From Protoeuglena noctilucae (Eukaryota): a stretch of 38,950 bases of DNA. Shown here in pieces: positions 11,474 through 24,577 of this stretch (positions within the stretch are counted from its first letter, which is position 1; the number at the start of each line of letters is the position of its first letter). The position numbers and the translations under genes were made by a program. Below the pieces are notes generated by a model. The model was not told the DNA's origin and did not search any database. It saw nothing but the letters and a program-made list of their open reading frames with translations. The DNA lies in contig OY253692.1 of NCBI GenBank assembly GCA_958009085.1, positions 62,001 to 100,950 on the forward strand, written 5' to 3'.

Positions 11474-11544
11474 GGTGGTATAGCCAAATGGTAAGGCCGT
11501 GGATTGCAAATCCTCTATTCCCAGTTCAAATCTGGGTACCACCT
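11474..11544 (+). tRNA. trnC-GCA: tRNA-Cys(GCA)
   Basis: Cloverleaf with GGTGGTA/TACCACC acceptor, anticodon loop TT-GCA-AA and T-loop TTCAAAT. Confidence 0.97.
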
Positions 11545-11596
11545 AAAAAACTTTTTAATACTGAAACAGAGCATATTATCATTAAAGTAGTGTAAT

Positions 11597-11691
11597 GATT
11601 CACTTAAAAATGTCTCAAAAAAATAATTTGTATGCTGCATCTTTCCAGACCTGACATTTTCAAAGAATTTCTTGAACATTCTAAGTGAATC
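11597..11691 (-). ncRNA. ffs: Signal recognition particle RNA (4.5S-like)
   Basis: The minus strand forms a 95-nt rod closed by GATTCACTTA/TAAGTGAATC. Its apex TGTCAGGTCTGGAAAGATGCAGCA closely matches bacterial SRP domain IV (GUCAGGUCCGGAAGGAAGCAGC), with an A-rich asymmetric loop. Confidence 0.9.
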
Positions 11692-11698
11692 TAAACAG

Positions 11699-11727
11699 AG
11701 GTTATCATGTATATATGAAAAAATCAA
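11699..11727 (-). promoter_or_regulatory. sigma70-type promoter of ffs
   Basis: Minus strand TTGATT (11727-11722)-17 nt-TAACCT (11704-11699) with TG extension, 7 nt before the predicted ffs 5' end. Confidence 0.6.
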
Positions 11728-11798
11728 TTCCGTAAAAACTTTTTTTAGTCAATGAACTAGGAAAAGATAATATATAGATTTTTTAATAATGTTTCTTG

Positions 11799-11830
11799 AC
11801 TTGTACTCGAAAAAGTTTTCGAGTACAAGT
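11799..11830. terminator. 3' stem-loop downstream of psbC
   Basis: ACTTGTACTCGAAAA-AG-TTTTCGAGTACAAGT, 15-bp inverted repeat. Confidence 0.7.
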
Positions 11831-11885
11831 TTTTGCTTCCTAAATGGAAAGTTTTACCAAAACTTCCTTTGCTAGAATTGTAGAA

Positions 11886-14352
<2,467 letters not shown>

Positions 14353-14718
14353 TTAAAAGACTCCAGGAATAAAATTAGTAGAATCTTTTTTTAGTTAATA
14401 TAAAAAGTTTTATATAAAAAAACCGAAAAATTTAGCTAAGTAAAATTTACTTCTTTTGTTTCAATATTTTTTTATACAAATTGTTTCTTTTATTATAAAT
14501 AATCTTTATGTCAAAAAAAGTTTTTTATTTTATCAAAAATAAATCTAAGGTTTATGATTTTTTTTAATTTTATTCCAAAAGAATGTTATTCTTATTTCTT
14601 TATTGAAGAGTATTTGGTTAATCGACTTTAATGGTCAGTTAATTTGTTTAATTTATAAAATATAAGCTATAAGGTAAGATCTACTCAATATATGAACTTT
14701 GATGGAGAAAAAAAATCT

Positions 14719-14748
14719 ATTTGTATCTTCCCTAGGGAAGATACAAAT
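14719..14748. terminator. Perfect 30-bp palindrome downstream of petG
   Basis: ATTTGTATCTTCCCT|AGGGAAGATACAAAT. Confidence 0.65.
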
Positions 14749-14764
14749 TTAAAATAAAAAAAAG

Positions 14765-14878
14765 CTAAATATTTAATTGATCTCCACGACGATATTGCAA
14801 ATATGCAGTTACAAAAAGTCCTCCGATAGTTACCGGAACTAACCCTAAAACAATACCGGATAATAAAGGTTCTACCAT
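14765..14878 (-). CDS. petG: Cytochrome b6/f subunit V
   Basis: Hand translation [37 protein letters not shown]. Confidence 0.97.
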   Translation of the reverse strand: MVEPLLSGIVLGLVPVTIGGLFVTAYLQYRRGDQLNI

Positions 14879-14896
14879 AATTGATTTTTATATTTT

Positions 14897-14992
14897 TTAA
14901 ATAAGTTTTGCTTTTAGAAGGCCGAAATAAAGTACAACAGTAAAGCCAAGAGCTCCAATAAGAAGTCCGATATAACTTACGATAGTTAACAT
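14897..14992 (-). CDS. petL: Cytochrome b6/f subunit VI
   Basis: Hand translation MLTIVSYIGLLIGALGFTVVLYFGLLKAKLI*, located between petA and petG. Confidence 0.93.
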   Translation of the reverse strand: MLTIVSYIGLLIGALGFTVVLYFGLLKAKLI

Positions 14993-15247
14993 GTATAAGA
15001 TTCCTTTTAAAAAATTCTTTTAGTTTTTCAAGATTTTGTTACTTTAATCCAGGTAAAGTTTTACCAAAAAGTGTTTTTCAGTTCTCATAGACCCAAAATT
15101 CTAGCAGAAAATATATAACAAATCTAGATTATCTTTTTGCGATAAACTATCTTTTTTTATATTTCTAAGCGATTTATACATCTTTCGTTAGAATTTTGTG
15201 TTCTGGCTAGAGTCTCATTGATAAAACAATACGAAATTTCATTTCGA

Positions 15248-16174
15248 TTAAAAGTTCATTTCTGCTAGTTGCACTTTTTCATATTGTTTTTTCTTTAATA
15301 CAAGCATTACTTGTGTTAATAAACTAAATACAAAGAATGCTAGCATACCTTGGATTCTTGCTGGATTTTGTAAAACGATTTCCGTTTCAATTTGACCAAA
15401 ACCACCAACATTTGGGTTTGTTGTTAAAGGATCATCGGCTTTAATTTCTTGTCCAGTTTTTACAACAAGACTTGGTCCAGCAGGAATTTTTTCAGTAACT
15501 GTATCCCCCAAACTTGTTTTAATAAGAATTTCATATCCACCTTTTTCTAAAGATGTAATTTCACTAATTTGTCCAGTTACAGAAGATGTGTATATTGTAT
15601 TATTACTCTTTGTACCGTCAGGATAGATTTGTCCACGACCTCTGTTACCTCCTAAATAAATAGGATATTTAATATAATGTACATCTTTATTTTTTGCTGG
15701 ATCTGGTGAAAGAATAGGGAATGTTAATTCAGTATATTTTTTAGCTGGAAGTGGACCGATAACTAAAATGTTTTTTCGATTTTCATTATAAGGTTGAAAA
15801 TAAAGTTTACCAACTTTTTTTTTCATTTCTTCTGGAATTCGATCGGGTGGAGCTAATTCAAACCCTTCAGGTAAAATTAATACTGCCCCAACATTTAGTC
15901 CACCTTTTTTACCATTTGCTAAAACTTGTGTAATTTGTTGATCAACTGGAATTTTGACAACAGCTTCAAAAACAGTATCAGGTAATACAGCTTGTGGTAC
16001 TTCAATTTCAACAGGCTTTTGTGCTAAATGACAGTTTGCACATACAATTCGTCCATTAGGTTCACGAGGATTTTCATAATTTTGTTGTGCAAAAATCGGA
16101 TACGCTGATACAGAAGTTGTTTTAATAGACAAAAAAACAATTAATAAAAAAATTTTTTTTAATAATTTTTTCAT
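15248..16174 (-). CDS. petA: Apocytochrome f
   Basis: Signal peptide, then [23 protein letters not shown] heme motif; C-terminus [15 protein letters not shown]. Confidence 0.99.
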   Translation of the reverse strand: MKKLLKKIFLLIVFLSIKTTSVSAYPIFAQQNYENPREPNGRIVCANCHLAQKPVEIEVPQAVLPDTVFEAVVKIPVDQQITQVLANGKKGGLNVGAVLILPEGFELAPPDRIPEEMKKKVGKLYFQPYNENRKNILVIGPLPAKKYTELTFPILSPDPAKNKDVHYIKYPIYLGGNRGRGQIYPDGTKSNNTIYTSSVTGQISEITSLEKGGYEILIKTSLGDTVTEKIPAGPSLVVKTGQEIKADDPLTTNPNVGGFGQIETEIVLQNPARIQGMLAFFVFSLLTQVMLVLKKKQYEKVQLAEMNF

Positions 16175-16246
16175 AAATTTTATTTAGAATTTAATATAAT
16201 TTTCTTCCTAAAAATTTTAAAAAAATTTTTTTATTCTTTTTTTGTA

Positions 16247-16277
16247 TCTTTGGTCGAAAACAATTTTCGACCAAAGA
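16247..16277. repeat. Stem-loop in petA upstream region
   Basis: TCTTTGGTCGAAAA-CAA-TTTTCGACCAAAGA, 14-bp inverted repeat. Confidence 0.7.
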
Positions 16278-16716
16278 CTTTTTATAAATAGTTTTTTTAA
16301 AAAACTTTTGTTGCGTACAATTTTTTGGAAAGATTAGGATTATAATTTTTTATCAAAAGGCAAACTAAGTTAATTAATGTAGAAAAACTTTGTTCTCTAT
16401 CTAAATAAAATTCTAATTCTACTAATATTTTTGAATAGTCACAAAAAGAATGTTTGGGTTAAAATAAAAATTATAGTTTTTTGAAAATATTATATAAACG
16501 TATTACTCGTCAACAAAGTTTAGAATCCTCTAGACTTGATGTGAGTTAGCCTAACTTATTTTCATTATTAACCAAATTTTTTCTTTATTTCAAAGACATT
16601 TTGGTTTTACGAATCTTTCATATTAGTTCTTTGAACCTGACCCCTAAAAAAACGACTAATTTCGCACTCATTTTTTGGGATGTTCTGTAAAAATTGTTTA
16701 GAAAACTTTAAAAAAG

Positions 16717-16827
16717 TTAAGCTATAGTATCTTTTTCAATATAGATGAACAAAGATGCCATTGCAATTGCAGGAAAAACTAGGCCTACAAGTGGAACTAA
16801 AATAGATGGTAAATAGGATGCTGCCAT
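16717..16827 (-). CDS. psaI: Photosystem I subunit VIII
   Basis: Hand translation [36 protein letters not shown]. Confidence 0.96.
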   Translation of the reverse strand: MAASYLPSILVPLVGLVFPAIAMASLFIYIEKDTIA

Positions 16828-17123
16828 AAAAAACAAATTTAATTAATTTTTTTTTTGGTTATATCTTTAATAATACCAGAAAAATTTAGTTTCAAAATTA
16901 ATTTCTGATAAAAAGATTATTTTTCTTCTACTGAAAAACAAGTTTGACAATACCTCTTCTTCTTGAATTAAACCTCTCAAACTCCATCATCGATATTTAT
17001 GAAAACCGATATTTTATGGAAAGCGTTTTTAAGAATTCAACTTTTTGAAAGCTTTCGGTAAAAGAAAACCAATTTTTCGAATAAATTCGAACACTTATTT
17101 AAAGAAAAAGGTATTGTTTGGTG

Positions 17124-18185
17124 TTAATTTTCAATTTCAAATACTTTGTTAAAAATGTCACGAACTTTATCACCAGAATCAATAGTTTCTAAAGGATCTT
17201 TACGTAAACGATGACGTAAACATAAAGAAATAACTCTAAAAATATCGTTTATGGAAACTTCGGTACGACCTTCAAATGCGGCTAATGCTTTTGCAGCACG
17301 ATTAGTTACTAAATCACCGCGTAAACCATCCACATTTAATTCAGAACAAATTTGAGAAATTTTTACTCGAAAATTGTAGTCAATTTTAACTTCTTTTAAA
17401 AGATTACGTGCATCTGATAATTTTTTTGTTAATTGATTTTGAGATTCTTTATAAGATTCACGAAAAACCGTTGGATTTTCATCAAAACTGGCACGCTGCT
17501 CTACTATTTGAACTCTTAACTCAGGGTCTTTCACTGTTCCGATTTGCGCATGCATTCCAAAACGATCTAACAATTGTGGTCTTAATTCTCCTTCTTCAGG
17601 ATTACCGGAACCTACTAGAATAAATCTAGCCGGATGACTTATTGAAATACCTTCTCTTTCTACTGTATTCCAACCCGAAGCCGCAGAATCTAATAGAACA
17701 TCTACTAAATGATCATCTAATAAATTTACTTCATCAACATATAAAATGCCACGATTTGCTTTTGCAAGTAAACCTGGTTCAAAAGCTTTTACACCCTCGC
17801 TTAAAGCTTTTTCAATATCGATTGTACCACAAACACGATCTTCTGTAGCCCCTAAAGGTAAATCTACCATGTTAATTTTTTTTTTTATAATTGAAAAAGT
17901 TTCTTTTTTCAAAATTTTTTGACGAACCTCATCACTCATCATTTCTGGGTCATTAGGATCCGAATTAAAAGGATCATTTTCTACTATATCTATTTCTGGT
18001 AAAAGATCAACTAAAGCACGAACTGTCGTTGATTTACCAGTTCCTCGATCCCCCATTACCATTACGCCTCCAATTTTTGGGTCAATAACATTTAGCAATA
18101 GTGCTAATTTCATTTCTTCTTGACCAACAATTGCTGTAAAAGGAAAAACAGGTCTAGCTTCTTTAGATATTTCTTTTGTTGTCAT
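17124..18185 (-). CDS. chlI: Magnesium chelatase subunit I
   Basis: [13 protein letters not shown], Walker [24 protein letters not shown] and [17 protein letters not shown]. Confidence 0.99.
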   Translation of the reverse strand: MTTKEISKEARPVFPFTAIVGQEEMKLALLLNVIDPKIGGVMVMGDRGTGKSTTVRALVDLLPEIDIVENDPFNSDPNDPEMMSDEVRQKILKKETFSIIKKKINMVDLPLGATEDRVCGTIDIEKALSEGVKAFEPGLLAKANRGILYVDEVNLLDDHLVDVLLDSAASGWNTVEREGISISHPARFILVGSGNPEEGELRPQLLDRFGMHAQIGTVKDPELRVQIVEQRASFDENPTVFRESYKESQNQLTKKLSDARNLLKEVKIDYNFRVKISQICSELNVDGLRGDLVTNRAAKALAAFEGRTEVSINDIFRVISLCLRHRLRKDPLETIDSGDKVRDIFNKVFEIEN

Positions 18186-18445
18186 AATATGTCTCTTTTG
18201 TAAAAATAAAATTTTTTTAGTTTGTTAGTTTTTCTTATAGGTCGAAACTTTCTCTAAAATGAATAGAATTCAAAGTTCAGTGTTTAAACCGAGAGCTACA
18301 GCTGAGGTTCAACTTTCAACAATACACTCAAAGAAATATTTGCACATTACAAAAATTATAACACAAATTAATAATTTTTGGTGAAAAATAAGCAAAAATA
18401 TGATTATTTAAATATTAAATTCTTCCATTAGTTCAGAGTTATTAT

Positions 18446-18518
18446 TAGACCTGACCGGACTCGAACCGATGACTCGCTGCTTGTAAGGCAGCTACTCTAC
18501 CAACTGAGTTACAGATCT
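18446..18518 (-). tRNA. trnV-UAC: tRNA-Val(UAC)
   Basis: Minus strand cloverleaf: AGATCTG/CAGGTCT acceptor and GCTGC-CT-TAC-AA-GCAGC anticodon arm; no intron. Confidence 0.95.
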
Positions 18519-18548
18519 TTTTTTGACTATTAGTAATAAATTACTAAA

Positions 18549-18621
18549 AGCCTAATATCGGAGTCGAACCGATAACCTTCGGTTTACAAGACCGATGCTC
18601 TGCCAATTGAGCTAATCAGGC
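18549..18621 (-). tRNA. trnT-UGU: tRNA-Thr(UGU)
   Basis: Minus strand GCCTGAT/ATTAGGC acceptor and TCGGT-CT-TGT-AA-ACCGA anticodon arm. Confidence 0.96.
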
Positions 18622-18756
18622 TTGTATTCAATTCTATCTTTTTTTTTTTTTTAAACAATATTTAAAAAATAATTTTTTTACGAAAAAAAAGGACGAAAAA
18701 AATTTCTTTGTTATAATAATAAGTATTAGTAGCTTATAAAAAAAAATTGTATTTAT

Positions 18757-18873
18757 ATGTTAACACTAAAAATTTTTGTTTACACAGTTGTAACGTTCTT
18801 TATTTCTTTATTTATTTTTGGCTTTTTATCTAATGATCCTGGTCGTAATCCAGGCAGCGGAACTATGGATTAA
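18757..18873 (+). CDS. psbI: Photosystem II protein I
   Basis: Hand translation [38 protein letters not shown]. Confidence 0.97.
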   Translation: MLTLKIFVYTVVTFFISLFIFGFLSNDPGRNPGSGTMD

Positions 18874-19076
18874 AAGGAATTTGCGGGAAGGAATTATTTT
18901 ATTACTTAAATCCCCAAGAAATCAATTTTCTTAAAAGACGCATTGTAATAATTTTATTCCAAAAAAAAATTTTTATTGCAATAAGTAATCCATAAACTTT
19001 TAAATAGTTTTTTTTACACCGAAAGCTGTAAAACAGCTCGACTATTAAAGGAAAAAGTTAAATCAAACACATTTTT

Positions 19077-19107
19077 ATTTCCATTGTTGTTCAACAACAA
19101 TGGAAAT
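19077..19107. terminator. Stem-loop between convergent psbI and trnR(CCG)
   Basis: ATTTCCATTGTTGTT-C-AACAACAATGGAAAT, near-perfect palindrome. Confidence 0.65.
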
Positions 19108-19117
19108 CATTCAAAAA

Positions 19118-19191
19118 TGAGCTAAAAGGGAATTGAACCCTTGGCTCCACGTTTCGGAAACGTATACTCTTTTCCACTGAGTTATTAGCTC
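19118..19191 (-). tRNA. trnR-CCG: tRNA-Arg(CCG)
   Basis: Minus strand GAGCTAA/TTAGCTC acceptor, D arm ACTC/GAGT, TACGT-TT-CCG-AA-ACGTG anticodon arm and AAGGG-TTCAATT-CCCTT T arm. Confidence 0.9.
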
Positions 19192-19472
19192 TTCTCAGTT
19201 TTTTCACAAACTAGTTTTATATAATTATTTAGACTAAGCTTTTTACATTATGTAACTTAAATACTTAAATATTTTTTTTTAGTAGAAAAACTTAAAAGTA
19301 ATCACGTTTTATTAAATCTTAATAATTGAGTTAATAGAGCTTTTAAAAAATTGTTTAATATTTTTACAATTATGTAAAAAAGTTACTTACTAACAGTAAA
19401 TACAAGCAAAACTCCGTTATGAAAAACGGAAGTGTTGCGTCGATTTTGTTGTAAAAAAACAAATATACATTT

Positions 19473-19988
19473 TTAATTACTTTGCGAATTTCTACCTGTC
19501 ATTTTTAACCAATTTTGAGCTTCAATATAATTTGTAGGAGCAAGTCTAATAGCTTCATTCCAGTAATCCGCTGCTTTATCAAAAAGAATCTTTGCAATTT
19601 CCATTTGATTATTTTCGATAGCTTGTTCACCTCTATAATGATAAATAACAGCTATATTATTTAAAGCTTGTGGTAATGACGGATTTCTTTCCAAAGCTTG
19701 ATAATAATATTCTAATGCACGACCATGTTCACCATTACTTGTATGTATCAAACCTATATTATATAAGATATAACTACGATCATAAGCATCAAGCTCTAAT
19801 CGAAGTGCTTCGTAATAATTTTGCAAAGCTTCGGCATATTCACCTTCGGATTGTGCCGACATTCCATCTCGATAATAACTAAAAGCTTGTTTTTCTCGTT
19901 TTGTAGTCGGTAATACATTTAATAAAATATCAGCTACAACGGTAAAAGTTTTATCAATAAAATTATCATTTCTTTGCGATCTAGGCAT
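19473..19988 (-). CDS. ycf3: Photosystem I assembly TPR protein Ycf3 (171 aa)
   Basis: [46 protein letters not shown]. Start moved to the conserved ATG at 19988 because the ORF-track start overlaps trnI. Confidence 0.97.
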   Translation of the reverse strand: MPRSQRNDNFIDKTFTVVADILLNVLPTTKREKQAFSYYRDGMSAQSEGEYAEALQNYYEALRLELDAYDRSYILYNIGLIHTSNGEHGRALEYYYQALERNPSLPQALNNIAVIYHYRGEQAIENNQMEIAKILFDKAADYWNEAIRLAPTNYIEAQNWLKMTGRNSQSN

Positions 19989-20061
19989 TTTTTGTATCCT
20001 TTCTTTTCTTTTAAAAAATATTCTGCAAAAAAGAGTAAAAAAATATTGGCTTTTATTATTT

Positions 20062-20134
20062 TGCATTCAGCAGGAATTGAACCCGCGTAATACCAATTAT
20101 GAGTTGGGTGCCTAAACCACTCGGCCATGAATGC
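20062..20134 (-). tRNA. trnI-CAU: tRNA-Ile(CAU), lysidine-type Ile2
   Basis: Minus strand GCATTCATGGCCGAGTGG..CCCAACTCATAATTGG..TGAATGCA, which is the pattern of plastid trnI-CAU rather than trnM or trnfM. Confidence 0.88.
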
Positions 20135-20372
20135 AATTTTTGTAAAAGTCTAAGCCTTTTGCTTTTTTAAAATTATATTTTTGCTTCTATTTTGTAAAGA
20201 TAAAAACTTTAATATTTTAATACAATTGTAACAAAAAAATTAAAAACTAGCTATCATTTTTCTTTTAAACTTTTTTATTAAAAGCTTTAACCAGAAAATG
20301 TAACGATTATAATTACACATTAAATGGATGCTTTTTTATACCTAACATTTATAGGTCTTTAAAAAAGCGAAT

Positions 20373-20634
20373 TGGAACTGGTGGGAATTGAACCCACGTC
20401 CAGAATTCAATAATTTCTTTTTTTTTTTTCACAATTATTTAGCTGTTATAAACCTAACAGCAGGAATTGAAAAAAGCCAACTAACTTGTACTTAATTAAA
20501 TGGAAAAGACTACAACATTAAACAGCAACAGCTGTTTGTCGAGAAAACTTTAAAATATTATTACCATTTTTTTGTTTTTTCTGATTGATTAAAAGAAATT
20601 ATGACACAGATTCTGTCGATACCAAATCAGTCCC
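20373..20634 (-). ncRNA. ssrA: Transfer-messenger RNA (tmRNA)
   Basis: 5' end GGGACTGATTTGGTATCGAC and 3' end GGACGTGGGTTCAATTCCCACCAGTTCCA; acceptor GGGACTG/CAGTTCC with G3.U70 and discriminator A; helix 2 CAGAAT/ATTCTG plus 12-bp ATAATTTCTTTT/AAAAGAAATTAT; internal tag frame. Confidence 0.93.
20518..20565 (-). other. tmRNA tag reading frame (A)GNNILKFSRQTAVAV*
   Basis: GGT AAT AAT ATT TTA AAG TTT TCT CGA CAA ACA GCT GTT GCT GTT TAA, with the xNNI..F N-terminus and apolar C-terminus typical of cyanobacterial/plastid tags. Confidence 0.85.
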
Positions 20635-20659
20635 ATTTTTCTAAATTGTTTATGAATTC

Positions 20660-20668
20660 ATATTAGCA
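20660..20668 (-). promoter_or_regulatory. Possible extended -10 promoter of ssrA
   Basis: Minus strand TG-C-TAATAT, 25 nt upstream of the mature 5' G; only a weak -35 (TCGCTA). Confidence 0.35.
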
Positions 20669-20732
20669 AAAATCGTTCTATGTAGCGATAAATGCAAAAA
20701 CCTTTTTGTTCATAAAAGAACAGAAAATCATA

Positions 20733-20793
20733 TTTTAGATTGCAAAAAATTCTTGTAATGTTAGCCACTACAAGAATTTTTTGAAATCTAAAA
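20733..20793. terminator. Long 3' stem-loop of rbcL
   Basis: TTTTAGATTGCAAAAAATTCTTGTA...TACAAGAATTTTTTGAAATCTAAAA, about 25-bp inverted repeat. Confidence 0.75.
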
Positions 20794-20851
20794 CTTTTTT
20801 TAGAGTAATGTAAAATTCTTATACAAAAAATTTTACTAAAACTTTTAAAAA

Positions 20852-22279
20852 TTATAATTTGTCAACAGTATCAAATTCAAATTTAATTTCTTTCCAAACT
20901 TCACAAGCTGCTGCAAGTTCAGGACTCCATTGACAAGCTGCACGGATTACATCCCCACCTTCACGTGCTAAATCGCGACCTTCGTTACGAGCTTGTGTAC
21001 AAGCTTCTAACGCTACACGGTTAGCTGCTGCACCAGGAGCATTACCCCAAGGGTGACCTAAAGTACCACCACCAAATTGTAAACAAGAATCGTCACCGAA
21101 AATTTCTACTAATGCTGGCATATGCCATACGTGAATACCACCAGAAGCTACTGGCATTACACCTGGAAGAGATGCCCAATCTTGTGTAAAGTAAATACCA
21201 CGGTTACGGTCTTTTTCTACATAAGCATCACGCATTAAGTCTACGAAACCTAAAGTAATTTCACGTTCACCCTCTAGTTTACCTACAACTGTACCAGAGT
21301 GTAAATGGTCACCACCAGATAAACGTAAAGCTTTTGCTAATACACGGAAGTGCATACCATGATTACGTTGACGGTCAATTACTGCGTGCATCGCACGGTG
21401 GATGTGTAAAAGTAAACCATGATCACGACAGTATTTAGCTAGTGAAGTATTTGCTGTAAAACCACCTGTTAAGTAGTCATGCATAATAATAGGTACACCT
21501 AAATCACGAGCACATTCTGCACGTTTTAACATTTCTTCACAAGTACTTGCTGTTGCATTTAAATAGTGACCTTTTACTTCACCAGTTTCTGCTTGAGATT
21601 TGTAAATTGCTTCAGCTACGAATAAGAAACGATCGCGCCAGCGCATAAATGGTTGTGAGTTTACGTTTTCATCATCTTTTGTGAAGTCTAAACCACCACG
21701 TAAACATTCATATACTGCACGACCATAGTTTTTAGCAGATAAACCTAATTTTGGTTTGATCGTACAACCTAAAAGGGCACGACCGTATTTATTAAGTTTA
21801 TCACGTTCTACTTGGATACCGTGTGGAGCACCTTGGAATGTCTTACAGTAAGCAGCAGAAATACGAAGATCTTCTAAACGAAGAGCACGAAGAGCTTTGA
21901 AACCAAATACGTTACCTACGATCGAAGTAAATAAGTTAGTAACGGAACCTTCTTCAAATAAATCTAACGGGTAAGCTACGTATGCAATATATTGATCATC
22001 TTCACCAGGTACTGGTTCGATATCGTAACAACGACCTTTATAACGATCTAAAGATGTTAAACCGTCTGTCCACACTGTAGTCCACGTACCTGTAGAAGAT
22101 TCTGCAGCTACTGCAGCGCCTGCTTCTTCAGGTGGTACACCAGGTTGAGGTGTCATACGGAATGCAGCTAAAATGTCTGTATCAGATGGTTGGTAATCTG
22201 GTGTGTAATATGTAAGACGGTAGTCTTTTACACCAGCTTTAAATCCTGCACTTGATCTCGTTTCTGTTTGAGGAGCCAT
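20852..22279 (-). CDS. rbcL: RuBisCO large subunit (form IB)
   Basis: 475-aa [21 protein letters not shown] and [20 protein letters not shown]. Confidence 0.99.
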   Translation of the reverse strand: MAPQTETRSSAGFKAGVKDYRLTYYTPDYQPSDTDILAAFRMTPQPGVPPEEAGAAVAAESSTGTWTTVWTDGLTSLDRYKGRCYDIEPVPGEDDQYIAYVAYPLDLFEEGSVTNLFTSIVGNVFGFKALRALRLEDLRISAAYCKTFQGAPHGIQVERDKLNKYGRALLGCTIKPKLGLSAKNYGRAVYECLRGGLDFTKDDENVNSQPFMRWRDRFLFVAEAIYKSQAETGEVKGHYLNATASTCEEMLKRAECARDLGVPIIMHDYLTGGFTANTSLAKYCRDHGLLLHIHRAMHAVIDRQRNHGMHFRVLAKALRLSGGDHLHSGTVVGKLEGEREITLGFVDLMRDAYVEKDRNRGIYFTQDWASLPGVMPVASGGIHVWHMPALVEIFGDDSCLQFGGGTLGHPWGNAPGAAANRVALEACTQARNEGRDLAREGGDVIRAACQWSPELAAACEVWKEIKFEFDTVDKL

Positions 22280-22940
22280 ATATTTTTTCCTGTTAATGAT
22301 CTCAAATCATCTAATCTACTCGAATAAATTGTTTTTTTTTAATCTTTCTTTTTTAAGAATATCATTCTAAAAAATTAATTAAAAATAAAAACTATATACA
22401 TTTTATTATACAAAAAAACAAATCTAAAAAAAACTATTTCTAGTTTTTTTCTAATTATTATTTGTTCTTGCATTTTTCTTTTTTTTTGGTTAACTTATGC
22501 TATAAGCACAATTTAAATTTATTGAAAAAAAACATTTAGTTATCAAAAAAACACATTATCGTTTTTAGTAAACTGAAAGCTGTTTTTCAGCTGAACTTTT
22601 TTAAAAATGAAGTTTATATTAGAGCAAAAACGTTTTGGTCTAAAAATCTATTTCATTAAAAAAAGTGATGGTCTCGAAGGGCGAAATGCGATCTTGTCCT
22701 GTAGAAAATAAAAACTGTAGTGACAGAAAAAACGAGTCCAAAAAACTAAAAAAAATTAAAAACAAACTAGTGCTCTTAGCCTTTAGACGTGTGAATTTTT
22801 TTTTTAATATCATGTAAAAGAAAGAAAGTTTCATTAAAGTTTTAGCTAAGTAAAAGTAAAATAAACACAATTTTCTTTTTTTTTAGTTGAAAAAAAATCA
22901 TGAGATTTTTTAAACTTCTTCTTTCTAAAAAATGAAATAA

Positions 22941-24413
<1,473 letters not shown>

Positions 24414-24436
24414 AATTAGGTTTGTTATTGTTTTGG

Positions 24437-24483
24437 TTTTCTATACATTTCTTACATTGAAAATGTAAGAAATGTATAGAAAA
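24437..24483. terminator. 3' stem-loop of atpB
   Basis: TTTTCTATACATTTCTTACATT-GAA-AATGTAAGAAATGTATAGAAAA, 22-bp inverted repeat. Confidence 0.75.
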
Positions 24484-24577
24484 AAACATTTAAATGTAAA
24501 TAAAACAATATCATAGGTACTTTTTACTTAGTCTCAAACAAAGTAAATTGAAAAAAAATTTAATTTTTAAAAAATTT

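Noticed and set aside
11515..11727. 70-aa minus-strand ORF
   Set aside because: It overlaps trnC and is better explained by the ffs RNA and its promoter; its 'TTG start' is the -35 box.
18272..18316. Possible hairpin upstream of chlI sharing GGTTCAACTTT with about 30096
   Set aside because: The pairings are short and overlapping, and an 11-mer match in AT-rich DNA is plausibly chance.
19934..20128. 64-aa ORF and 26-aa N-terminal extension of ycf3
   Set aside because: Both read through or start in trnI(CAU); the conserved Ycf3 start is at 19988.
20373..20402. Isolated tRNA 3' half or tRNA pseudogene
   Set aside because: Its partner acceptor strand lies at 20628-20634 with helix 2 and a tag frame in between, which makes it a tmRNA.
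22560..22870. RNase P RNA (rnpB), suggested by AGTGACAGAAAA, and the 76-aa minus ORF
   Set aside because: There is no GAGGAAAGUCC or complementary 3' P4 strand. The ORF is low-complexity F/L/K sequence. Kept only as an unexplained structure.
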